A stretch of 63,792 bases of DNA, counting the filler, from Choristocarpus tenellus KU-1152 (Eukaryota; Protista; Phaeophyceae): the NCBI GenBank assembly GCA_964200185.2. It is 14 parts of 14 records of this genome, joined end to end, with 100 filler letters (N's around TTAATTAATTAA, not from the genome) between each part and the next. Parts side by side here need not be neighbours in the genome. Positions count along the whole stretch, not along the records: positions 51,732 to 54,713 come from CAXNAD020023169.1; positions 54,814 to 61,189 come from CAXNAD020008271.1; positions 61,290 to 63,792 come from CAXNAD020027273.1; 11 more parts are not named here. The stretch is one strand, 5' to 3'. The translations under genes and the position numbers were made by a program. Shown here piece by piece: positions 51,954 through 63,067 of this stretch (position 1 is the stretch's first letter; each line of letters begins with the position of its first letter). The notes beneath the pieces were generated by a model, which had not been told where the DNA came from, searched no databases, and was given only the letters and a program-made list of their open reading frames with translations.

Positions 51954-53051
51954 ATTTGTTGCACACATCAAACGGAGTGACCCTCAAAGCAATAGAGTAA
52001 TTGAATCATGAGGTTGATTCCTCCTGTGAGATGAAGCACGGTACATTGTTACCAATCCTACCCAGTGTATCATCAGTCGACAGGAGGGCTTACTGTTGTG
52101 ACCAACAACTGTGACGACACCAACGAGTTTCTACTGTCAGTTAGGACTCCTTATGAGTTGTTGCACCTCGATGGCGATCTGGAGAGATGAAGGATGTTGT
52201 GTGGGTCAGCTATGTTGTTGGTGGAGAGAATGGTCATATTTCAGGATGTTTAGAATCCCTTGTGGCTCAGTCAGTGATTATTGACCCCGTTCCGACATGA
52301 ATTTCGCAGGCTTGAACACCATTGACGCCATGCTTCTTTTCACAGAAATATTGTTTCGATGATTCAATTCCGAGTGACAAGCATAACGGATTGTATATGC
52401 TATGGTTACATCACCAAAACGTCAGATCAAGATCAAGGTGGTAGCATTGAGGGCGGTCCAGCAGAAGATTTGAAGGAAGAGGCGGAGAAACAAGCGATGG
52501 GAGTGCTGAACTCAATGCGCATAGAATGATAAAATGTGAAAGTCCAAATAAATATGGCTGATGTTCATCCTGGCACCATGTTCTTAAGCATCTTCAGACT
52601 TTATCGCACAACCCAGGTACGAAGGGCTTGCTAGAGCTCAGTTTGCAATATCTAACGATGGGTCTCAAATCCAAATGTCAATTACTTTACAACAGTACAG
52701 TAGTCACCTCTGAGAATGTGTCACAATCATTCTTCACGAAGGGGATACTTGAAGTGTGTGTGATCGGTATATCCCCAACTAAAAAACGAGAAGATTATAA
52801 CTATGGGCAGTCCGAAAAAAGGAAAAGCAAGGGAAATGAGAAGTAGGAGCAAGAGAGTGCATTTCTCTCCAATATAGCCCAAGAAAATGAAGACAAGATA
52901 ATACCTCTTTATTCCCACATAAGATAACCTTAACCCTCGGCTAGTACATTTGAGGCAAATTCATGATAAATTGTTGGGGGTTTACCTACGTTGATATGGA
53001 GGTAATACGTTTTGTGGATTGAAGGTTCGAGGAAAGTTGAAATTCCATGAT

Positions 53052-53308
53052 GAGCCAAACCAATCGAGAGGTAGCGAGGTTTGGACCCTTTTGCATTCTC
53101 GATTTTTCTTATCCTGTGCAGTACACTCTATTTCATTGCTAATATGCACAATAGTGTACGCAAAATTGATATCCACCCTTTCCACACGCAAAGTGACATA
53201 TCACAGTCAAGTAAATGCTCTTTTTGTAACTGTACAAAATGACAAATTTTCACCCATTGTCGGGATCCGTACAATTCAACCCTGACTACCGCTCAGTTAG
53301 TTTGACTC
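53052..53308. mobile_element. MITE family D with TGAT TSD
   Basis: tgat-GAGCCAAACCAATCGAGAGGTAG...CTACCGCTCAGTTAGTTTGACTC-tgat. Confidence 0.85.
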
Positions 53309-54189
53309 TGATCGGCAGTATGGGGTAGCGAGATTGAATCCTAATGTGTGTATGGAACATTTCAGAGTATTATAGAAGACAGTTTTGAAAGGATCGGTTG
53401 GGTTAGGGGTTTGCATACAGTGTCTTGACAAGAGTGACTTTGCGAATGCAAGTTGATTTGTGGTTAAACGATGTAGTGATCGACTAATGATGTGTCCTGT
53501 TGAACCTGTGAATCTGGTTCCTGTTCATGTGCGTCGTTCGAAAGCAATATATCTGATAAACATTGCGACACTTCAATAGTTCCAGATGGTAGATGATAGT
53601 AGTGATCGTGACGAGTGATAAATCACAGACCGTACTTTAGGATCGTATACCTACTGCCCAGTAGCACGAACAAAACAAAGTTCAGATGGTTGTCCCACAC
53701 TCCACATTGAATTGGGCTTTTCATCTCTGAGATTGGGAGGACAACAAAATCATACAACAATACAAAACACCAGTGGCATTGAAGTAGGTGCGGAGGAACA
53801 GAACTGGAAGGTGGAAGTTGAAGGATAGGTTATTTCTTCTACCTCTATTATATGGTTGAATTTTGGATTTTTTTTTTTGTGAGGGGGGGTGATAAATGAA
53901 TGTGTTACTGTAGAAAGGAGGGAGTAACTCACAAACCCCCCAAAAAAGTGAGTGTACCACTACAAACACATCATCCAGAAATCAACCAAATGTCCGAGAG
54001 GGCATAATCATTTGTACTACTATTATTATGGTAATGTTCGTTTGGTGGGTGATAAAATGAAGTAGGACGTGAAAAAGAAAAAGAAGATGGTCCGTTCACC
54101 GTAAGTCTGTGAAATCCAATCACAGAGAGGGAACCACAACATATGAGGTATGTGGACGTTGAGGATTGGGGATTGTGCATCTAGCACGT

Positions 54190-54265
54190 CGCACTACCAA
54201 CCATACAATAAGACCTCGGATACTTCAGTCTTGAATATTTGGATCTTAAGTTCAAGTGTTGTACC
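54190..54265 (-). pseudogene. Tiny LINE (RTE/CR1-like) post-RT fragment
   Basis: LELKIQIFKTEVSEVLLYGW resembles the K..+++..V...LLYG motif. Confidence 0.45.
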
Positions 54266-54515
54266 TCTACTTCCGTCAAACTCGAAAAACACCATGCCTT
54301 TTGAACCCTCCACATGATGTGTCGGGAGTGATGCTAGCATTATTACATCATCACTGGTGGTATCTCCCTGAGTTAAACAGACTTGTCCGTTTGCTACCGT
54401 AACCAACAATCTAAAGCCCACGCCTAATTCGTGTCTGTCACGTTGTTGGGAGGTGGAAGGTACAAAGTTTTCATCAACTCAGTCATGGTCAGCCCAGGCA
54501 CCTTCATACTATCAA

Positions 54516-54658
54516 CAGCCGATTTCAAAAATTGAGGATGGACCTTTTCATTGAGGATGGGCTTGACCCAAAATTGACTGGGATAAAGTGTCGATATGTT
54601 TTTTTTTGTATTGTGCATCTCAATGAAAAGCTCCATCCTCAGTTTTTGAAATCGGCTG
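54516..54658. mobile_element. 143-bp MITE/foldback unrelated to families A-D
   Basis: ~40-bp inverted arms CAGCCGATTTCAAAAATTGAGGATGGA.. / ..TCCATCCTCAGTTTTTGAAATCGGCTG; flanks TCAA/TTAA. Confidence 0.75.
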
Positions 54659-54883
54659 TTAATCACTGCGTCAGCATCCTGGGCGGACTTCTCGGATCTT
54701 GCACAAAATGCCCNNNNNNNNNNNNNNNNNNNNNNNNNNNNNNNNNNNNNNNNNNNNTTAATTAATTAANNNNNNNNNNNNNNNNNNNNNNNNNNNNNNN
54801 NNNNNNNNNNNNNGGGGACTGGTGGTCAGGCGTGTGGTCTTCGGGTCGCTGGGGGTTCGGTGTGTGTGTGCTGGGGGGGGCAG

Positions 54884-56148
54884 AAAGTTAATGGAAGGAC
54901 AGACGCCCTCTCGGTGCAGGATGAAGCCGCTCAGTTCTGTACAGTGTCCTATCGAGCTCCGGAGCTGTTTGATGTGGGGAGCGATGCTTTGCTGGATGCG
55001 CGGACAGATGTTTGGTCATTGGGGTGCCTTTTGTTTGCTTTGGGCTTTGGGTTCTCGCCTTTTGAGTGCGAATTCGGACCGCATGGGGAGGTACGGGTGG
55101 TGGAGTGCTCTTTTCTGAGGGTCATTGGTCAGGTGTGTATGTATTGTGATGCTGATGGAGCCCGCTGGTAGGGCTGGGGGAGAGGGGGGGGGAGGGAGGG
55201 TTCAGAGCTAATTTAGTGTTAGTATGTGGGGTACTGTAGGTTGCCTCTTTGTTTTATGTGGTGCTTTTTTGTGGGATAAGTATGAGTGTGGAAGAGAGGT
55301 CATGTGCATGAGCGAGGTGTTCTAGAGTTGAGTGGAATGCGTTCGGCACTATGATATTTTGTCCTGTTGACCTTGCAACCGATGGAGTTAGTAAGAATCC
55401 TGGCTGAACTTCATGGGTGAGTAATCACTGGTACTGCGAGTCCTGCAGAGTGTTACCACAGGAAGTAAGTGTTGATTATTTTTGGTTCTATTTTCGTGTT
55501 TTGTCCTCGGGCTTCTTCTATTGGCTGCTTCATCTCTTTTTTTGTTTTATTGTGCCGAGCTGTTCCGTTTAGTCACGTCTACCTCTCGTGGTGACACCAT
55601 TACTAAATTTCTCAGAAATTTATACATAGTGCTGAAATGCTCCGGAATGCATTTGTTCAGACCACTGTTGTACAGGTTAGTACCTTGTTTCGACACCATC
55701 ATGAAACTCTGATGAGGTAAGCGTCTTTGTTTTTTGTTGATTTTGGCTGTGTTTTGGAAAAGATGCTGCATTGCCTGTGCAAGCTCTTGAATTTCGATCG
55801 ATTTTCTTGCACCTGCTCTATTTTAGTTACTTTTGTTAGAGAGTAGAACTATCTCTGCCGTCTATCAAACAACCCTTTCATACCTGTCCAAGCTTTGGAG
55901 TATATCCCGTGTTTGGCAGGATGTTGCAATGTGCCCCTCCCTCTCCCTCAGTCACCCTCCTTGTAACACACACCCAAATCGCGCCTGCCATTCTCCTGGT
56001 TATGACTTGTCAGGTTACATTCCCCTCAAAAGTTAATTTCTCGAAAGGGTTTTGTGATCTGATCCTCCTGGCGTTGAACCAGGACCCATCAAAGCGTGTT
56101 TATGTAGATGAGCTGCTCGAATGTACTCTCTCCCTACTCAATCAAAGG
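54884..56148 (+). CDS. STK16: NAK-family Ser/Thr kinase (STK16/MPSK1/Env7-like), C-lobe exons 54884-55132 and 56014-56148
   Basis: ALSVQDEAAQFCTVSYRAPELFDV..DARTDVWSLGCLLFAL..SPFE, then LNQDPSKR; canonical splice sites. Confidence 0.85.
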
Positions 56149-57656
56149 GTGAGTGACTATGAAAGTGCCTTTGTTGTGATATGTAGGCGTCTGTGTATGG
56201 ACCCACTTGTGAGTTTGACTATTGTACTAACAGTTGTCGGGCTGTACGTTTGCGAGCAAAACATTTATTTCAGTAAATCTTGATGTCACATGGATACACA
56301 CAACAGGGCACATAGTGTGTGATCCGTGGAGTGCTTCTACGTGTGCATGGTATGCTAGTAGGTCTTGTGCTGAAACTGGAGTACTGAATTTTATGCTTTG
56401 GAGTGGTTAACGTTAAGGATGAGGAGCTGTTGGGTACAGGATTAGCTACTGGGTTTAGGGCATTTGTTGGTAACCCAGAGTGGCCTGGCGATACTTTCTT
56501 GCTTTCAAATATTACAATCAAGATATCCCATTAACACTTGAAGAAAAACACAGGTGACATGCTCCATCAACATAATGGAAGGTATGGGTTAAAGATTCAT
56601 GATGTTTCTACTTTCAGTACTCATGAAATGCAATTGGGAATGACTTGGCAGAGGAAGAGGTTGGAGAGATATGGATTAAAGTGTGGGTTGAACAAGGTAT
56701 TCAGAATGAAACTGGTAATCAGTGGGCATAGTGCCTTGGAATGTGACATGGGATCCAGTGCTCGAAGTATTTTGACACATGGGAGTACATAGAGAGGCAG
56801 GATGCGATTGTGTCATCTGACTTAGTGTCCGAGTGTTAAAACTCTCAGCTACAGTAGCACCATAACATTGGAAGCCTTTCAAAGACATTGTCCACCCTGT
56901 ATACAATCTAGGTTTTTGCTTGCATGCCTGCCTCCTTGGTCTTTCCTATTGGGATGCATTTGAAGCATTGACACTGTGCATCAGCTGTGGGTACTGCTTG
57001 CTGTCTCATTTTAGTGCTTTAGGAGTCAACCAATGTTTAGGATATGCCCTCCCCCCATGCCCAAAAGGCAACACCCTTCACGTTTGCCCCACCCTAACCC
57101 TCATAGACACCGGATATGGCAAGATTGTCTAGAAAATTGTGAAAATCCGAAAAAAGACTGAAGAGGGGTCTCTCTTTAACCAGGGATGACTTATGAAGCA
57201 TTACACTATTGTCAAGTGCATCCCTTTCCGCTGACATGATAAAAAAAAAATTGCTGACTGTTGCATCTCTCTCTCCCGGAACAGGACTCAGGAGGAGGGC
57301 ATGGTGGCAAGGGTGCTGTTGCCATTGACATGATGCGACTTGGTTGATGGGATGTGCTCTTTTGACTTGTACAGTGTATTACCACGGGCGATATGGGCTT
57401 TTGGGGGTCGGGGTGCTGGGAGAGAGACAGGGCGAGGGGAAGGTGTGGGGCACAGTCCAGTGTGCTTTATATCTTCACCTTACAGTATCTGGGAATGTAT
57501 ACATTATTTGACAGTTGGAGGGTTTCGGCATCTGAGAGCCGAACTGCCTTACTCTGTCTTTTGAAAGCTGGTCTGATATGACTGTTTCCTTTTGTCTGCA
57601 GTATGTTCCTGTCTGGTCTGCAAGGGATTAATTCCGGTGTAGGATGAGGGGGGGGG

Positions 57657-57717
57657 AAGGGCAGGGCAGGGCAGGGCAGGGCAGGGCAGGGAAGGGAAGG
57701 GAAGGGAAGGGAAGGGG
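57657..57717 (+). repeat. Compound (GGGCA)n(GGGAA)n microsatellite
   Basis: Direct reading. Confidence 0.9.
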
Positions 57718-58814
57718 GAATTGCCTCGTTGCGTTTTTGACTGCACTTGAGTGCTTGTTGATCATTGTCCAGAGAGTTTGAGGACCTCTACTTAACTAGA
57801 TGAGTGACAGTATTTGTTGATTGTTTGTCGTAACTTTTATGCAGATTGTCAGTAACTGGCCAGGCAGTGTGACTAGTATCCCCTTTGTGATACTCTGTAA
57901 GAAATACATGTTAGATGGAAAATGGTTAACCTCACATCTGGTTCACACGAGGTGGAGTCCGGTGTTGCCAATGAATATTTTTTACTTTTTGCATCACAGT
58001 AGATAAGCCTTCCTGTATTTATGCATCCTATGTATCAGCTTGGTCGGGACCTATATTTTTTTTGTGACAACTTGGAACTGCAGTATGTAACTATGTACTG
58101 ACTTTTGACTGGTGAGAAGTCTGGTGTTCATGTATTGAGGCCACCCTGATCACTGAACTAATCCTAAACCTAAGAACACATATCTGCTGTTGAGGTACGT
58201 TGTTGCTCCCTTAGTAAATTTATCTTTTTCTGACAGGATCTATCTGGCTGCTGTATGTTTGCCTCTTGACCTCTCTTCCTCATGAACCATCACGACTGGC
58301 TTTTACCCTGGTTGTCATGAGTGAAGTACATACTGTTGAGTATATACTTTGTGCCTGTACAATGAGGACCTCTCAGTGTCTCAAAAGCATATTTCCACAT
58401 GTGTATTATGTATGGTGGTGCAGAAATCAGGAAGCACTTGAAGCAACCAGCTGTTTTGACATATTTTTGTTAGGATCTATCTCACTACTACATACAACCT
58501 GCCCACCACATGTATCACCTGGCACACAGAGCATACCATCACAATTCCTTGTCTGTGCATCTCCAGAAAGGTACTGACATCTTGGTTGCACAGCCGGTGT
58601 GCTCAAAAGACAATCAGGCATGACCAAAAGAACTTTCAAGGAACAGCTTGTGAACATCTCTCTAAACTTTGAACGATTTTCTGCTCTTCTGGTCGGAGGT
58701 CACCAATTAAATGAGTTTGGCTGTTTGGTGATGAAATGAAATGCTGGACACTGACAATAAATAACAATGAAAGCAGCGGCCACAATGGTAAGAGAATAAC
58801 AAAAAAAAGTGAAC

Positions 58815-60086
58815 CTACGAGGGTGCTCGCCCTTGCAAAAACGGACTCATCTCGAACGATCCCGACTGCACCCGCTGCTCTTGCCCTCTTTCATCCCTTG
58901 AACTCACTATACCCTCACCGTTGAGGAGATGAGTCATGCTCGGCATAGAGAGGGAACGTAAGAAATGCGACCCAAGGTGGGGCTTTCGTCGGGGGTAATG
59001 GGGGGGGTGCGGGGAACTAAGTCTGGCGGGGTGGATCCCCCATCGACGTGCTCTTATCAGAGGCAGCGTAGACCCCATAGCCAACACATGCCATGCCGAA
59101 TGCCAAAGGTAGTAACTAGCACGGGCCCAGTCAGATCCCTGAACAGTAAAACATGCAAACCCGAGCACGAAACCGGCTGCCCCCTTTCCAACCTGAGTCC
59201 AGTCTACTCTACCGCTACCCTCATCGCCACCACCGAAGACACGACCTGCTGATAACCACATTGCTCCACAGAACCGAGACCACCACCTCAGATGTAACCA
59301 TCGTGGGCCCACCTTGCTCTCCTGACCTCTCTCTTCTATCCCCTGCCTTGACCCCGGCTGCTTCGACGGAAACAGCATTGCCTCATTACCTCCATAATAA
59401 GGATCATCTCTTTCCCCCAGTCTTGCTCCTGCCTCTTCTTCGCAAAGGTCCTGCTCTACATCTGTGTCCTCTGCCCCCCAGACTCCCCCGTTCTTCCTCC
59501 CCTTGCGCTTACCCTGCCGCTGCGCCCTTGCCGCCATGTCCACGGCAATCAACCGGCCCCAGCTGAGAACCACCACAACCCCACAAACAAAGAAGGTGAG
59601 AACGATATTCCTCCCCTTCGTCGGATCGTCAACTACGGCCGCGAGAAGCGGAGGGATCAGAAAGACGTAGAGGGCGGCAAGGCTTGCCCCCCCTCCTTTA
59701 CCCACAACCCGGGTCGGGTTCGGCCCCGACGCGGACAAAGCCAGAGGCAAAAGAGAGGAGAGCTCCCACTCATTGCGTGGCGTTTCCCTCATCCCAGTAG
59801 ACCAGGACCTTCTAACATTCCCAACGGGGTCCTCGTCCCCGTCCGACGCTAGAGCTTCGTCGAACCGACCAGAGTTTCTTCCCGCGTTGGAACTTGAGGC
59901 AGCAGAAACCGTTGAGGTATCCGTGTCCCACGGCCCGGTGCCGAGTTGTTGCTCAGTGTGGCAGGGGGCATCGTCCCATGGGAGAGGGCAGAGGTAGAGC
60001 ACAACGGTGGCCACTGCCATGAAGCTGAAGAAGAAGTCTAGGGCCTGAAGGGCGTGGTAGTCCAGGAGTCCTCCTGCACACGTCAT
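58815..60086 (-). CDS. TMEM8/PGAP6/myomaker-family (CREST superfamily) membrane protein, large terminal exon
   Basis: C..LLDYHALQALDFFFSFMAV and YYLWHSAWHVLAM motifs with several hydrophobic helices; aacag acceptor before ATGACG. Confidence 0.8.
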   Translation of the reverse strand: MTCAGGLLDYHALQALDFFFSFMAVATVVLYLCPLPWDDAPCHTEQQLGTGPWDTDTSTVSAASSSNAGRNSGRFDEALASDGDEDPVGNVRRSWSTGMRETPRNEWELSSLLPLALSASGPNPTRVVGKGGGASLAALYVFLIPPLLAAVVDDPTKGRNIVLTFFVCGVVVVLSWGRLIAVDMAARAQRQGKRKGRKNGGVWGAEDTDVEQDLCEEEAGARLGERDDPYYGGNEAMLFPSKQPGSRQGIEERGQESKVGPRWLHLRWWSRFCGAMWLSAGRVFGGGDEGSGRVDWTQVGKGAAGFVLGFACFTVQGSDWARASYYLWHSAWHVLAMGSTLPLIRARRWGIHPARLSSPHPPHYPRRKPHLGSHFLRSLSMPSMTHLLNGEGIVSSRDERGQEQRVQSGSFEMSPFLQGRAPS

Positions 60087-61040
60087 CTGTTCCGACGATG
60101 ACATTTTTTCGGCTTGTTAGGTTTTCACTGAATTGAAAATGGAAACCACAAAAACTAGGGATGGAAGTTTGTACGTCGTATATCCAAGGGGTGACAAAAA
60201 CCAGACACAACACAAAACTGGTCGATAAAGTACGGCAGAGGGGTTGAAGGTGGATGTTGAAGGGTTGGTCTTGAATCAGGCATATGTGGGCGTTGGGTCC
60301 TACATAGACTGGGGAACGTGACCTGCGTTTAGTGCATGTATTGCGAAGAGATCAATTGGGGTTTACAAGGTTGAAATTACGGTTTGCTGATTGATTTTGT
60401 TGATGGTTGCATGCACATGGTGAGAGAAAGATGGTGGTAGAGCATGGATATGAATTGGTGAACGATTAGAGCTATAGAGCACTACAGGAGTATCCCATTG
60501 CTGCAGAGTATCGAAGGACTCGCTCTGAAGCCCCCAAAATACGTTACGATATGCACCAATGATGCTCAAACAAATCAGTACACAAGTCAATACACATGTG
60601 TGTAATACACACAACACACACACACAACACACAACCAATCCACACCTAGGCACATTCAAGACGCCTAGTGCTTCTTGTGTCCCAAGGACAAAAAACGTGT
60701 AACTGACACAGCAGGCCATGCACAATACATACTATGTACCGCATATAATAAAAACATTGAGTAGACAAAAGGGGGGTATACCTCTGTTTTAGGTTCAAAC
60801 AGGGTACAAAATGGGCAGAGAGGAGTAGTACTCAATGTATGTAATGGCAGGACCAAGCACTGTGCAATGTCAAGCAAAATGGAAATTCGTGCTTCTTGTG
60901 GTCTGGAACATGGGGACGTACCCCATGCCACTGACAATACACAACGGAACCCTCTTCTTACCCATAGGTAACACATAACAATAGTACCCTGTTTGATGGC
61001 CATTACATGACCACAGAGGGGTACACTGAAGAACCCCTTC

Positions 61041-61059
61041 CCTAACCCTAACCCTAACC
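61041..61059 (-). repeat. Short interstitial (CCCTAA)n
   Basis: CCTAACCCTAACCCTAACC. Confidence 0.6.
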
Positions 61060-61289
61060 TTACAAAATCGCTTCGATATCCACGGATGAACAGGTTCATG
61101 ATGCATTTTCTTACGTGGACATGAAACCGTGCCAAGAATTCTGTCGAGGATTCTCACCCTGGATAAAGTCGTCTCATCTCCCCCCCCCCNNNNNNNNNNN
61201 NNNNNNNNNNNNNNNNNNNNNNNNNNNNNNNNNTTAATTAATTAANNNNNNNNNNNNNNNNNNNNNNNNNNNNNNNNNNNNNNNNNNNN

Positions 61290-61475
61290 AAATTTGGCTA
61301 TCGTGTTTGTTAGGAAGTGTCAACATGCTTGTTCCAAACACACCTTTCATAACATTAACATTATACCTACTCCGAAATATTTTGGCCTACGAAAATATCA
61401 TAAAAACCCTAAGGGACGCCAAGCCCCAAATGGACAAACAGGGCAAAACTCGTACCCTCTAAGATACTTTCACTC
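61290..61475. mobile_element. MITE family A, partial (cut by linker)
   Basis: Ends in GTACCCTCTAAGATACTTTCACTC. Confidence 0.88.
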
Positions 61476-61999
61476 AGAACCATCAGCCATCTTCACTGAC
61501 GTCTGATTAGTAGATGGGCAGATCAAATTCACACCCCACCTTTGTCCTAGCTGAACTGCATAACCTTGAGTCAAAACCTGTCACACCAGATCCTCCATCC
61601 CAGAAGAACCTTGGTTGATGTTGACAGACACTCTGGTCCACCTCCCCCGAGATTTACATCAGCAATTGCCATGATATAAAGCAGCTTTTCCACCTGAACA
61701 CCATCCTTGGCCAGTGACATCGCTTGATCCTTTCCAAACACGGAGCATAACCCTGTCTCTGGTGGCAAAATAGACACATCACCATCGTAGTCACCTGCTG
61801 TAACATCATCCACCTGCATTGATCTCCCACCCGTGCTGGTTATGCAGTGTCTCTCCCAGAACCTGGGGGGTGGTTGAATGGACTCCCCCTGATGTGACCT
61901 GGTGCCCTGCGCTGCTCCCAATCTACTTGGACCAGTAGACTGTGTTGTGGCGGACTGCCTATTATGTGCCAATGACTGTTGATTTGCACCTCTAACTTC

Positions 62000-62870
62000 T
62001 TTACCTCAAGGGCCTCCTGGCATCCTGTTTGTCAATCCAACGGAAAGCAACTCGGGCATGGCAATCTTGCCCATGATGACCAATCTTGCCACAGCTAAAA
62101 ACATGTGCCCTCAATTTTCTTCTTGGGACCAGTATTACCTTCACCAACCTTCTTGTCATCCTTTTTATCACTGACAAGGTCACGATTACTACCCCTGTTA
62201 CCTCTGTCATCAAATTTGGCCTCGTTCTTTTTACATATGCCATGAAAATCCATGGATTTCCCTGCAATTCTGCATTTTTCCGACTCGTCCTCAATCAAAT
62301 ATATGATTTCATCTGGATATTTCTTCAGCCTAAGGTTGAACTTCACCCTGCTGAGGAGATGAGACTCGAAAGCAGCAGGTTGGAGGCTGATAACAAGGCC
62401 TCAGACAGCAGTCTACCTTACCCTGGCTTCCAACTGTCTCTCTCATGGAAGTAGAGGTCCAGATTGGACTTCTCCAGATAGCCCTCCACTTTTTCTCGCT
62501 GCTCATTAGCTAGATCTATGGCTAAACCAGTTGACCCCACCTTGGCTGCGGAACAAGCCTGCCTGTATTATGGCGAGGTCATATTCCAAGTCTTTTTTTA
62601 CTCGTGCAACCCTTTGCAGGGCCTGCGGGAGTCGCTCGTCAGGAGCTTCTCCTCTCGTACGCTTTCGCTTTTCTGACTCTGTCGTTGGTCAACGCTCTCT
62701 CCTCTCGTACGTTATCCTCTGTTCGAGGAGGTTCCTGGCAGCTTCCTCAGTTAACACGCTCAGCTTCGGCAGCGGCTTGCTATGCCAAAGCTGAAACCTT
62801 GTCAGATTCGTGAGCGAAGAGTCCTCTTTTCCCTCCTTTTTTCCCTGAGGAATTCGTCCCTCCTGTGTTT
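62000..62870 (-). pseudogene. Retrotransposon gag relic with a CCHC zinc knuckle
   Basis: Removing one base from a homopolymer restores KKKIEGT-CFSCGKIGHHGQDC (CX2CX4HX4C) after a Lys/Asp-rich linker. Confidence 0.75.
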
Positions 62871-62875
62871 GTTCT

Positions 62876-63014
62876 TGTCAGAACATTAGTAAACCCCTGA
62901 GCTACCCACCAAGTAGTCAGCTGACTATCTGGTCGGTAGGTCAGGGGTTTTTATGTGCTCAGTACGTCAGGGGGTTTATCTGCTCGGTACATCAAGGGTT
63001 GTATTGTTTTAACA
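62876..63014. mobile_element. Candidate short LTR (139 bp) with an internal 60-bp palindrome
   Basis: TGTCAGAAC...GTTTTAACA (7/9 inverted match), directly upstream of the minus-strand gag relic. Confidence 0.45.
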
Positions 63015-63067
63015 CATGCTGCTCGCGTGAGGTCGAATCTCGCTGTGGTCACATGGTTACACATTAT

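Noticed and set aside
61041-61059. True telomere
   Set aside because: Only about three units, internal to the contig.
6743-61475. CAAAGTATCT repeats as a CRISPR array
   Set aside because: They are dispersed inverted pairs with conserved interiors and TSDs, with no regular spacers and no cas genes.
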